Part shown: in pieces, positions 41,797 through 54,185 of the stretch | How positions within the stretch are numbered: position 1 is the first letter of the stretch | Layout: each line of letters opens with the position of its first letter | NCBI RefSeq assembly: GCF_044704955.1 | Contig: NW_027254368.1 | Span: 372,001 to 436,000, forward strand | Direction of reading: 5' to 3' | Length of the DNA stretch: 64,000 nt | Source: Pristiophorus japonicus | Lineage: Eukaryota | The notes under the pieces: generated by a model | Database searches by the model: none | What the model was told of the DNA's origin: nothing | What the model saw: only the letters and a program-made list of their open reading frames with translations | Translations under genes and position numbers: made by a program

Positions 41797-42389
41797 GTGT
41801 CTGTCACTTCTCGGCCTTTTCGCTAAGATCATGCGTAACTGACCTGACAGGGGAGTAACCATGACCCCAAAGTGGTTCTCCCTGGATCAGGAAGGTGGTT
41901 CTCCTATGCTTTTTGGAAATAGGAGGTGGGTGGGATGGCTTGACCCATCCACCTCCACGGAGGTGTGTGGGGGACCTGACCCATCCACCTCCATGGCACG
42001 AACCTGGTATTGCAGTACTTCCAGGAACGGTGCAGTGGCTCTAGGCCTTTTGGCTAAGAGCATTGGCGCAGAGTGATCCTTGACTGGTGCAGGGTGACCT
42101 CTGGCGTTTGTGACTTGACAAAGAATTGGAAACGATTGGCTACGAATTTATAAAAAAAAAAAAAAATCCACCTCCACGGAGGTGTGTGGGGGGCCTGACC
42201 CATCCACCTCCATGGCACGAACCTGGTATTGCAGTACTTCCAGGAACGGTGCAGTGGCTCTCGGCCTTTTGGCTAAGAGCATTGGCGCAGAGTGATCCTT
42301 GATGTGTGCTAGGTGACCTCTGGCGTTTGTGATTTGACAAAGAATTGGAAAGATTGGCAACGAAAAATTAAAAAAATAGAAAAAAAAAC
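41797..42389 (+). mobile_element. U2/U1 snRNA-derived chimeric retroposon (candidate SINEU-like), two units
   Basis: U2 5' end at 41803-41831; U1 5' end at 41836-41885; U2 Sm region/SLIII/SLIV at 41909-42034; second U2 SLI at 42038-42061; poly(A) at 42152-42166; second partial unit to an A-rich tail; TSD CAAGACG at 41790-41796 and 42390-42396. Confidence 0.85.
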
Positions 42390-42396
42390 CAAGACG

Positions 42397-42771
42397 ATGC
42401 CTGAGGAAAAGAAACAAATTGCCAAGAAAGGCGCCAAGAAAGTAATCAAGAAAACACCACCGAAGGGCGGCAAGAAGCGCAGAAAGTCGAGGAAGGAGAG
42501 TTACTCCATCTACATCTACAAAGTGATGAAGCAGGTTCACCCCGACACCGGCATCTCCTCCAAGGCCATGGGCATCATGAACTCGTTTGTGAACGATATT
42601 TTCGAGCGCATCGCGGATGAGGCTTCCCGCCTGGCCCATTACAACAAGCGCTGCACCATCAGCTCCCGGGAGATCCAGACCGCCGTGCGCCTGCTGCTGC
42701 CCGGGGAGCTGGCCAAGCACCCCGTGTCGGAAGGGACAAAGGCGGTGACCAAGTACACCAGCTCCAAGTAA
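42397..42771 (+). CDS. H2B: Histone H2B, open ORF (124 aa) with 5'UTR disrupted by the insertion
   Basis: MPEEKKQ...KYTSSK; stem-loop at 42812-42827; non-canonical residues (IADEA, KRCTI, KHPVS). Confidence 0.88.
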   Translation: MPEEKKQIAKKGAKKVIKKTPPKGGKKRRKSRKESYSIYIYKVMKQVHPDTGISSKAMGIMNSFVNDIFERIADEASRLAHYNKRCTISSREIQTAVRLLLPGELAKHPVSEGTKAVTKYTSSK

Positions 42772-43593
42772 AACTCCATGCTGTCCTGACAGAACAAACC
42801 CCAAACACAACGGCTCTTTTAAGAGCCACCCACAACATCGTTGAAAGAGCTGCACAAACGCGTCATCCTTTAAACTCAATTTACTGTAGTTATTGCCTGA
42901 GCAAATGTGTTTGACAACCTTTAAAGATCCAGCTGTAGATTTAGATTTGAATTCTCAGATAAGCGGTTTTACTGTCCAGTTCAACCTGAGCTTCGCTGAT
43001 GAATTTCCCTCCCAGTAAACTACACACACTGTCCCTGGTCGCCTGCCGACGAATTATGATCTTGTTTTAGGGGTTGAGACTCAGACTTTAGTCACCTCAT
43101 TCTCTCTCTTTATAGTTTAAAATAAAATTGTAGTTCGGGGTCAATCTGCTTATTAACCGAGACTCCGTGTGTAACAAGCCAGAATGGGAGTTCTTCCAGA
43201 GACCAGAACGGGGGCAGTTTGAACACTCTGTCCCTCTTTTCTCACAGAAGGACTCCCAGTTCTAGTCTCACTCCCGCCTGTGCGGAGGATCGATCACCAT
43301 CTGTGATTCCCAAATTGTACAAAGACTGAGCTGGAATGTGTCCCGTTACGGAAAATTCCCGCCCATTACAGACTGTTTGAAACTGAACCCGAATTTAATC
43401 CTGATTGTAACATCCTGGAATTTGCAAGGTAATATAGAATAAGACAGAAGGAATTAAAACTCTTTGACTAATGATGAATTTATTAATATAATCCGCACTT
43501 GTAAAAATTATTGGCGGGCTTTTTGAAATTGAAAATTCGTCAAAGATCGGACTGTTAACAATAATTTTCACCCTCTTTTCATTGGCGGACTAA

Positions 43594-44106
<513 letters not shown>

Positions 44107-44540
44107 AGCGGACAAGATTTAATCTAATAACCCAAAGACTCTTTTCAGAGCCACCCACAGTATCTGTGAAAGGGCTGGTTACTGGTCTATGGATTATAAT
44201 TGTTCGAGATCTAATTTAACAGATTGAATCTCTGGTAATCAAGCTGCGAATTTCCTGATCAAAAATGAGGCTAAAACATTTTCAGTATAAGCGAATGCAT
44301 TGAACCATGCAGAATTTTACCCTTTAAATTTGCATACAGGAATGACCCAGAATTACAGCTCTGGTCACTTTAAAATATTCCAAATACTATCCCACCTGTC
44401 GCCGCAATAAGAGCTGGGTTTAAAGGCGGGATTCAGACTTCGTGCTCTCTCCTGAAAATCTATCCCAGACTGTGGATAATTTACTTAGATTCCTACCCAC
44501 GTTGAGCAAGTGCAGTCGGTATACTGGGCACCTCAACCAA

Positions 44541-45294
44541 ACCCACATGGTCAGATATTCACCTCCTGCACTGTATAAACCCCCAGTTACAGTAACACTA
44601 CAAGACTCACACGGTCAGATATTCATCACCTGCACTGTATAAACCCCCAGTTACAGTAACACTACAAGACTCACAAGGTCAGATATTCACCTCCTGCACT
44701 GTATAAACCCCCAGTTACAGTAACACTACAAGACCCACACGGTCAGATATTCACCTCCTGCACTGTATAAACCCCCAGTTACAGTAATACTACAAGACCC
44801 ACATGGTCAGATATTCACCTCCTGCACTGTATAAACCCCCAGTTACAGTAATACTACAAGACCCACATGGTCAGATATTCACCTCCTGCACTGTATAAAC
44901 CCCCAGTTACAGTAACACTACAAGACCCACATGGTCAGATATTCACCACCTGCACTGTATAAACCCCCTGTTACAGTAACACTACAAGACCCACACAGTC
45001 AGATATTCACCACCTGCACTGTATAAACCCCCTGTTACAGTAACACTACAAGACCCACACAGTCAGATATTCACCACCTGCACTGTATAAACCCCCAGTT
45101 ACAGTAACACTACAAGACCCACACAGTCAGATATTCACCTCCTGCACTGTTTTAACCCCCAGTTACAGTAACACTACAAGACCCACATGGTCAGATATTC
45201 ACCAACTGCACTGTATAAACCCCCAGTTACAGTAACACTACAAGACCCACACGGTAATATATTCACCACCTGCACTGTATAAACCCCTAGTTAC
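44541..45294. repeat. 64-bp tandem repeat, ~12 copies
   Basis: Unit ggtcagatattcacctcctgcactgtataaacccccagttacagtaacactacaagacccacac. Confidence 0.95.
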
Positions 45295-46109
45295 CAGGAC
45301 CTTATCTCTGTTTATATTACACTAGACCCTGTCTCTGTTTGTATTACACTAGACCCTGTCTGTTTATACTGCACTAGACCCTGTCTCAGTTTTTTGAACC
45401 TCGACCATGTTTTGGTTACTGCGGCACTAAACAACATCCACAAATATTGGAAATCGTTGGGGAGGAAACAGTGAAAGTAACAGTCAGAAAACAGAAGACT
45501 GGAGAGCGAAATAGTCCAAATTTCGCTGGATAGTTGCAAGTGTTTCATTCCTTCCCAAATGAAGGACATAACCAGTGAGAGAATGAGAGATTTATTAACC
45601 TCACGGCAGGTATAGATACAGTTTCACTTTTACCATCACTGGCACCAATCATCACACACTGGGACTAAATCTCAGGAGCTTCTGTGTGATGGTGAGGTGA
45701 TCACTGGACAATAAAGCGCAGAGACTGTTGGGGGACTGCTCATTATATTGGGGATTTAATCCCCTTTCCCACTGAATACTGCGGACAGACATGGTCATCT
45801 TGGTAACAGAATGGTCAGTGTGACATCACTTTCTATACAAGACAATGGGTTATCAATAAATGGTAAAGGTATTAAACACTCTGCAATTACATTGTAAACA
45901 AAATGGACTGTGCAGTGATTGTAAAGCTGCCTATTTCGGTGACTTGAGCCTTTCTAAAATGTCTCACTGTTTTTGATGATCTATTTAACTTGCTGCAGAA
46001 TTTGGAAAGATTTCAGAATTGTGCAGTGTGAAGAAGGTTTCGGTTAAAGGTGGAATCAAATTTGTTTCAAAATATTCTGTTCTCATTCTTCCCGAAGCCC
46101 CCAAATTTT

Positions 46110-46335
46110 AGAACACTGCAATACTGACTGGGAAGGTCCCAAGTTCGATCCGTGATCTGGGCTGTTAGTTGATCTCAGCCAAGGTAGCAGTTCAGGGGTT
46201 CTAATTGTCCTCAGTACCACTGGGCTAAATACAAGTGAAAATCAGCCAGTGCCCTGCTCTTCGTACTGATCCAGTGACCTCAACTGGGAAGTGTGTGGAT
46301 GTCATTTGAGGGCAGGATTTGAGGCTGTGATGCCA
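46110..46335 (+). mobile_element. Decayed tRNA-derived SINE
   Basis: B-box-like GTTCGATCC at ~46143 followed by non-tRNA body; no cloverleaf. Confidence 0.35.
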
Positions 46336-46945
46336 CCCACCCCCCTCCCACACACATTACACCCCCCTCCACACCCACACACACACACCCCTCACACAGA
46401 TACACCACACACCCCCCACATACACACACCCCACTCCCCACACATCATTACACCCACACACACAACCCCCCACACACACACATACCCACACATTACACCC
46501 ACCACACCCACTCCCCCACACACACACCCCACACACATACACTCCCCACATACACCCCTCCACCCCCTCACATCCCACTGCCACACACACACATACCCAC
46601 CCCACACACACACCCACACACAAACACCCCCACACATACACCTCCACACACATCCCCGACACACGCACCTATACACCCCCACCCCACCCCCCCACACACA
46701 CACATACACCCCCACACACACACCCACACACCCACACATCCCGCCACACACACACACACCCAGCCCCCCACACACACTCACTCTCACATACACACACCCC
46801 CACACACGCACCCACATACACCCCCCCCACACATACCCTCACACACATGGATACACACACACCCCCACACACACCCCCTCCCCACACACACCCCACCACA
46901 CATACACACACAGCCCCCCCCCCTCCCCACACACACACACACACC
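46333..46945. repeat. (CA)n/C-rich low-complexity tract
   Basis: Almost entirely C and A on the + strand. Confidence 0.95.
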
Positions 46946-47149
46946 ATTACAGGCAAGATTTCAGGCTGTATTGCCTATCACAGTGGAAATCCTGCTGGCA
47001 CGCACTGAGTCGACTGACGGTGAGGCACTAGAGGTTAACTAATGTCTGTGGAATTGCACACAGCCAGATTCAGCACTTTCTGGAGATAAAAAATCTCAGA
47101 TGCTGAAATGAGTGTTGATTTTAGGCAGTGAGGTTTGAGGGGGAGTGTC

Positions 47150-47530
47150 TCGAATAAGGAATTTACAGCTTAGGGGCGACAGAATGTTCTATCGAATCTA
47201 GAATTGTCTGTTCTGAATTTCTATCTTGTACTTAAAGTAATAACTTTTGTAAGCACCATTTATTTGCAGGGTATTAGAAGGGGAGGATCTGCAGCAGGGA
47301 AACTCAATCCAAACATTGCGTCAAGATTTGACTGATTCCTGGATTGATCAGGATCACCTTATCATCAGCCTTGGTAAAAACACCAATCACTGTGGGGAGA
47401 AACAGGACACATGTTGTGTGTGTGGATACACCTTCAACCAATCGTTCAGCCTGTGAGACTCGTGCACTCACCTGACTCAACATTGTAAATGTGAGGACAG
47501 TGGGAATGGATGCTGTTGTACATGGAAAGT
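47150..47530 (+). pseudogene. Degenerate ZNF-family remnant
   Basis: Paralogous to 21110-21620 (acceptor tttgcag|ggtattagaagg; decayed finger ggggagaaac..tgtgtgtgtgg). Confidence 0.65.
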
Positions 47531-48049
47531 GATTCAGTCGCTCATCTCTGACATTTGAGGAGTTAGATAACAGACTTTCTCCTGTGAATATAGAGCTGGT
47601 TTATTGGGCTGTGATGAGTTTACTTATTCATTTTGCTAATTCTAAATCTTTGCCAATTATTTGATGTGATTGGTTTACATGTACATCTTTTAAAAATATG
47701 TTTGCTGATTGGATTAAAATTTAAATTGAAACCAGGTTTGGAGGCGTTATGCTCCATTCACACATCGAAGGTGAGAGAGATGCTGTGGGGCACACGCTAA
47801 GTCCAGTATCTGAAGGTGATTAACAGACTGGGTTTTATGTTTCGTGATCTTGGGCGTGTTACCAACAACTTCCCTGGGCTAGGAGATCAACTCTGGAAGG
47901 TATGGGAAACTGGGACTTGTCCCTGAGAGTAACTGAAGGTATAAGAACTAAAATAATCCAGAGTTAGAAAGGAGAAAAGACCAAAAATGGAAGAGTCAGT
48001 TGCAGGACATCAATTAATCTCCACTCATTTTGGAGTCATCAAATATTGA

Positions 48050-48320
48050 CACACAGTGTTATTTGAAATATCAAAACATTAAACTCCAGCCCAGTTATAG
48101 GGGTTATTAACATCAGCAGAAACAAACACCAACTGACAGAATGAACACGATTCAGTCAGGATGTGATTAACAGCAGCAATAAGAATAGAGTCCAACCCCT
48201 GCAGTCACATGTGAACTCGCTGCTGTCTCAGCAGTTCGGATGACGTAGTGAATCCCTTTTCACACTCAGAGCAGGTGAACGGCCTCTCCCCGGTGTGACT
48301 GTGACAATGCATTTCCAGTT
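48050..48320 (-). pseudogene. ZNF 3' remnant (last finger and 3'UTR)
   Basis: Reverse complement reads [24 protein letters not shown]; the 3'UTR matches 22174-22310. Confidence 0.75.
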
Positions 48321-48416
48321 TACAGGGTTGGGTTTAGTTCTGCACCCGCTGTGCGCAGAGTGACAATAAAATCAATGAGCTGCTAATTTTCTCTGCTGGA
48401 TAATGGGCCTTTTGTG

Positions 48417-48615
48417 CTGGCCCAATAGGGTGAGCCCGGACTGGCCCAATAGGGTGAACCTGGGCTGGCCCAATAGCGTGAGCCCGGACTGGCCCAATAG
48501 GGTGAGCTCGGGCTGACCCAACAGGATGAGCTCGGGCTGACCCAACAGGGTGAGCTCGGGCTGACCCAACAGGGTGAGACCAGGCTAACCCAATAGGGTG
48601 AGCCCGGGCTGGCCC
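48417..48615. repeat. 24-bp minisatellite, ~8 copies
   Basis: Unit ggcccaatagggtgagcccgg(a/g)ct. Confidence 0.9.
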
Positions 48616-48940
48616 AGGGACATCAGACAACAATCAGCACAAGGTTCCCTTTCAGGGGCCACTGACCTGGGCACAAACATGTGTCCAATCAAACTGACAG
48701 ACATCCTGAAGCCCCGCCCACCCATTGTCCCTGCCGGGTCGAAGCTCCGAGTAGAGCGCTTACTTTGGGAGTCTCCTATTGGGCATATGGACAGCTGAAT
48801 TTGTAGATTATTCTCCATAATCCCTCACGTTTAACAGTGTCAAAGGCCTTGGTCAGGTCAAAGAAGGTTGAACCAACACACAGTCACTGACACCAATCTC
48901 CTCCCATGTGATATAAATCGACACTTGTCACTGACACCAA

Positions 48941-50540
48941 GTGGATTGGGAAAATATGTTCAAGAGTAAGACTGTAGAAACACAATGGCAAACATTTAAG
49001 GAGATATTACATAACTCTCAGCAAAGATTTATTCAAGTGAGAAATAAAGATGCTAAGAGAAGGATGAACCATCCCTGGCTAACTAAGGAAGTAAAGGATG
49101 GTGTCAAATTGAAAAAAGGCATGTAATGTTGCAAAGGACAGTGGAAGGCCAGAGGATTAGGAAATTTTTAGAAACCAGCAAAGGACGACTAAAAAATGAT
49201 AAAGACAGAGAAGATAGCAGATGGAGCAAACTAACAAGAAATATAAAAACAGACAGTAAGAGCTTCGACAGGTATATAAAATGGAAACGAGTTGCTAAAA
49301 TAAACATTGGTCCCTTAGAAGATGAGACTGGAGAATTAATAACGGGAAACACGGAAATGGCAGAGACTTTGAACAAATATTTTGTATCGGTCTTCACGGT
49401 ACAGGATACTAAAAACATCCCAACAGTTGATAATCAAGGAGCTAATGCGGGGGAGGGGGGGGTAACTTAAAACAGTCACTGTCACTAGAGATTAAGTACT
49501 AATCAAACTAATGGGACTAAAGGTGGACAAGTCTCCTGGACACGATGACATGCATCCTAGGGTCTTTAAAGAAGTGGCTGCAGAGATAGTGGATGCATCG
49601 GTTGTAATCTACCAAAATTCCCTGAATTCTGGAGAGATCCCAGCGGACTGGAAAACCGCAAATGTACATCCCTAATTAAGAAACGAGGGAGACAGAAAGC
49701 AGGAAACTATAGACCAGTTAGCCTACCATCTGTCATTCGGAAAATACTGGAGTCTATCATTAAGGAAGTAGTAGCAGGACATTTAGGAAATTATATTGCA
49801 GTCAAGCAGAGTCAGCATGGTTTCGTGAAAGGGAAATCATGTTTGACAAATTTCTTGGAATTATTTGAGGATGTAACAAGCAAAATGGATAAAGGAGAAC
49901 CAGTTGATGTCATATATTTGGATTTCCAGAAAGCATACCATATGGTGCCACACAAAAGGTTACTTCACAAACTAAGAGTTCACAGGGTTGGGGGTAATAT
50001 ATCAGCATGGATAGATGATTGGCAAACTAACAGAAAACTAACAGAGAGTCAGGATAAATGGATCATATTCAGCTTGGCAAACTGTAACTAGTGGGGTGCC
50101 GCAGGGATCAGTGTTGGGTACTCAACTATTTACAACTAATATAAATAACTTGGCTGAAGGGGCCGAGTGTAACATAGTCAAATTTGCTGATGATACAAAG
50201 ATAGGTTGTGAGGAGGACGCAAAGAATCTACAAGGTGACATAGATAGGCTCTGAGTGGGCAAAAATCTGGCAGATGGACTATAATGTGGTAAAATGTCAG
50301 GTTATCCCTTTTGGTAGGAAAAATAAAAAAGCAAATCATTATTTAAATGGGGACAATTACAAAATGCTGTAGTACAGAGGGATCTGGAGGTTCTTGTACA
50401 TGAAACTCAAAAAGTTAGCATGCAAGTACAGCAAGTAATCAGGAAGGCAAATGGAATGCTGGCCTTTATTGCAAGGGGGATGGAGTATAAAAGTAGGGAA
50501 GTCCTGCTACAACTGGAGTATTGCGCACAGTTTTGGTCTG
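48941..50540 (+). mobile_element. CR1 internal fragment (decayed)
   Basis: RT motifs (KGKSCLTN, YLDFQKA) with stops and frameshifts. Confidence 0.88.
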
Positions 50541-51243
50541 GACTTGTCTCTATTCCCGTGCCAAGGGGATTGCTACACCAGACGGGAGGGGCAACATTTA
50601 GGGACACTGATTCCCCACCAATTCCCATTCCCCTTCTTTCTGGTGGATAATGGAGGGGCCACTGTGTGTAATGTGCAAGTCAGTAAGAATTGTCAGCAAG
50701 CTCTTTTTAATTGGAGATTTTATTCAGTGGAAACTTTGACACAATTGTAGATTTTGTACCAAAGATCAATTTAGAATTAAAGTAAAAGTTCATAATTTAA
50801 TTGCAAACTAAATTTCTGTTGAGAGTTGCTGAATTAAGGGGAAAGCTAACACACAGCATTTCTCAAGTGGACACTGCAGCCCCAAGAACACAATCAGCAA
50901 TATATCCAGAATATTAAAGTCCAGCCCAGTTATAGGGTTATTAACATCGGCAGAAATAAACCCCAAATGTCAAAATGAAACATAGAAAATTGGTGCAGGA
51001 GTAGGCCATTCGGCCCTTCTAGCCTGCACCGCCATTCAATGAGTTCATGGCTGAACATGCAACTTCAGTACCCCATTCCTGCTTTCTCGCCATACCCCTT
51101 GATCCCCCTAGTAGTAAGGACTACATCTAACTCCTTTTTGAATCTATTTAGTGAATTGGCCTCAACAACTTAATGATACATGAACATGGTTCAGTCGGGA
51201 TGTGATGAAAAGCAGCAATAACAGCAGAATCCCACCCCTGTAG

Positions 51244-51945
51244 TCACTTGTGAAGTCGCTGGTGTCTCAGCAGGGTGGATGACTGAGTGAATCCCTTCCC
51301 ACACACTGAGCAGGTGAACGGCCTCTCCCCAGTGTGAACTCGCTGGTGTGTCAGCAGTGTGGATGATTGAGTGAATCCGTTCCCACATTCAGAGCAGGTG
51401 AACGGCCTCTCCCCAGTGTGAACTCGCTGGTGTCTCAGCAGGGTGGATGACTGAGTGAATCCTTTCCCACACTCTGAGCAGGCGAACGGCCTCTCCCCAG
51501 TGTGAACTCGCTGGTGTTTCAGTAGGTTGGATTGCTCAGTGAATCGCTTCCCACACTGAAAGCAGGTGAACGGTCTCTCCCCAGTGTGAACACGTTGGTG
51601 TTTCAGCAGGTCGGATGATGCAGTGAATCCCTTCCCACACTCAGAGCAGGTGAATGGCCTCTCCCCAGTGTGAATTCGCTGGTGCGTCAGCAGGCTGGAT
51701 GACTCAGTGAATGCCTTCCCACACTCAGAGCAGGTGAAAGGCCTCTCCCCAGTGTGAACTCGCCGGTGTGTCAGCAAGTTGGATGACTGAGTGAATCCCT
51801 TCCCACACTCAGAGCAGGTGAACGGCCTCTCCCCAGTGTGACAGCGTCGATGCATTTCCAGCTCAGATGGTGATCTGAATACCTTCCCACAGTCATCACA
51901 TTTCCACGGTTTCTCTGTGGTGCAGGTATCCTTGTGACTATCCAT
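51244..51945 (-). CDS. C2H2 zinc-finger protein, 8 intact fingers, no KRAB seen (233 aa from the ATG at 51945)
   Basis: Open [19 protein letters not shown]... with TGERPF linkers and all Cys/His ligands intact; upstream acceptor near 52282; CpG promoter at ~52860-53270. Confidence 0.85.
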   Translation of the reverse strand: MDSHKDTCTTEKPWKCDDCGKVFRSPSELEMHRRCHTGERPFTCSECGKGFTQSSNLLTHRRVHTGERPFTCSECGKAFTESSSLLTHQRIHTGERPFTCSECGKGFTASSDLLKHQRVHTGERPFTCFQCGKRFTEQSNLLKHQRVHTGERPFACSECGKGFTQSSTLLRHQRVHTGERPFTCSECGNGFTQSSTLLTHQRVHTGERPFTCSVCGKGFTQSSTLLRHQRLHK

Positions 51946-52479
51946 GGTTCGACAATCAGTTGAAGCCTCGCCCACTCACGCAACACATTTACAGTTTCTC
52001 TGCGCTTTGAATGGTGTGATGTTTTTTTCAGGCTGTGTAACTGGTTAGAGCTCTTTCCACAGTCAGTGCACTGGAACACTCACTCGGGTGTGTGTGTCTC
52101 GGTACCTTTCCAGTCAGGATGATAATTGAAATCTTTTCCCACAGACAGAACAGACAAACATTTCTCCTTCCACTTTCAAAGGCCAATGATATTCAGCTCC
52201 TGATGAATCAACTGCCCCTGTCAGATCTTGATGCGATGTTTGTTTTGTGCTTCCTGTCTGAAAATCTCACCTCCTAATACGCTGTAAAAGGAGATAACAA
52301 AACTCATCACTGTCAGTACAAGACAGAAATTCAGAATAGACACATCTAGTTTACATGGAACATTTTTTCCTCTCTCATTCTTCCAAAGCTGTAAATCCCT
52401 GTCCCACACATTGTCCCTCCTGCTGTGCTGAAATCCAAACCATCGCACATTTCTGGACAGTTTCTCCTCCACACACAGT

Positions 52480-52845
52480 TTACACCACCAATTCAGGCTG
52501 GGTTTAGGTCTACATTCACTGGTTCCCCATCCCCCTCCTCCCCAGAATGTACAGATACTGGCTGGGTTCAGGTCTACACTCACTGGTACACTTCCTTCTC
52601 CAAAAGAAGTGGACTCTGGCTGAATTCAGTTCTACACTCACTGGTTCCTCTCCCCTGAGTGTGGTGATTCTGGCTGGGGTCAGTTCCACACTCACTGGCT
52701 CCCCTCTCCTTCCCTGTGTTCGGTTCTGCACTCACTCGTTCTTTGATCTCTCCTCTCCTGAGGGTGCTGACTCTGATTAGGTTCAGTTCTGCACTCACTG
52801 GTTCCCCTCCCTTGAAGGTGCTGACTCTGGCTGGGTTCTGTTTCA
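52480..52845. repeat. Degenerate ~45-75-bp repeat in the ZNF intron
   Basis: Recurrent ctggctgggttcagttctacactcactggttccc. Confidence 0.7.
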
Positions 52846-52859
52846 GACATTGACATCAC

Positions 52860-53275
52860 TCACTTTGTTCCTGCACCAAGATGGCCGCGCATGCGCCTGG
52901 CTACTCACTAAACCAAGATGACGGAGCGCTGAATCTGCCTTCCTGCACAAACATGGCCGCCGTTAGCCTGAGCCTGTGACCGGGAGAAAGCCCCGAAACT
53001 ACAACCGGCGATATTTCGGTTCTTATTCCGGGTTTGCGGCGGGCACCGGTTGTTTATGAAGTCGCTCCGGCTCCCCGCTGGTCCATTACTCCGCTCCGTC
53101 CCGCTGAAAAACACAACTCTGAGGCGCCTGTCCGAAACGTGTCTTCTCCGCCATTACAGGCACCGCGCATGCTCCAAACCCAGCCAGGACCAGCGCCTGC
53201 GCACTGAGCTCCTGTAGTCTGGGCGAGGCACATTCTGCTCGCGAGGAATGCTGGGTGATAATACCGCCATTGGAA
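52860..53275 (-). promoter_or_regulatory. CpG-island promoter of the ZNF gene
   Basis: CAAGATGGCC (YY1-like, 52877) abutting GCGCATGCGC (NRF1 palindrome, 52887-52896); additional GCGCATG at ~53165. Confidence 0.7.
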
Positions 53276-53799
53276 GCCCATGTTATTGAACAGAACATGA
53301 TTTACTGGGATTCCATTGGTCACTGAACCATGTTCATTCTGGCAGTAAGACTTTGTTTCTGATGATCTCAATAACCGGTATATGTGGGCTGGAGATTAAT
53401 ATCCGACATAAATATTGAATAAATCAGCTTTGTTTCAAACACAGTGTGTCGAATATTTGATTTCTCCATAATCAGAGGAGACTAGTTGATGTTCTGTTAC
53501 CCACTGTTCCAGTTTAGGGCTTTTTCTTACTCTAACTTATATCATTTCTCACCTAGTTCGCCTTCTATCATATCAAACCTCAAAGTTGTTCCGTTTGAGT
53601 GGTTGCAGTAGACTTGACTGCAGTGTCCCACTTTACATTCAGCTGCAATCCTTTGAACAACCCCTTTATTGAACTATCTTGCATAAGATTTGAAATCCGT
53701 TATTTCTGTATCAGTTAAGCCGTTTTGGAACAGATTTAATTTAAAGAACTCATCCGCACATTTTGCATGTGATAGCCTGTGGAATATTCTAATAGCCAT

Positions 53800-54185
53800 T
53801 GTCACAATCTCCGTTCCCTAGCCACTGACTCCATCCCTCTCCCCAACTTCTGTCTGATGCTGAACCAGACTGTTCGCAACCTTGGTGTTATACTTGACCT
53901 TGAAATAAGTTTGTGACCATATATCTGTAGCATAACGAAGATTGCTTATTTCCACCTCTGGAACATCGCCCGTCCACACTATTGCCTCAGTTCATCCACT
54001 GCTGAAGCCCTCATCCATGCCTTTGTTACCTCTAGACATGACTATTCCAACGCACTCCTCCCACATTCTACCCTACATAAACTAGAGTTAATCCAAAACT
54101 CGGCTGCTCATGCCCTAACTCGCAACAAGTCAAGCTCACCCGTCACCTCTGTTCTTGCTGAGCTGCATTGCCTTCTGGTTAAGCA
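53800..54185 (+). mobile_element. L2 LINE fragment
   Basis: NLGVILD, ALIHAFVTSRHDYSN and IQNSAA motifs. Confidence 0.8.

Noticed and set aside
41803-42034. Functional U2 or U1 snRNA gene
   Set aside because: Mosaic order, missing U2 SLII/branch-site region, poly(A) tail and TSD indicate a retroposed derivative.
42058-42146. U4/U6-like snippets in the element tail (agcattggcgcag, aattggaaacgat, attggctacga)
   Set aside because: Matches are only 11-13 nt, imperfect or antisense, and partly absent in the second unit; not distinguishable from chance by eye.
42313-42396. N-terminally extended H2B (152 aa)
   Set aside because: The extension starts at a GTG inside the insertion and runs through its A-rich tail; the true start is 42397.
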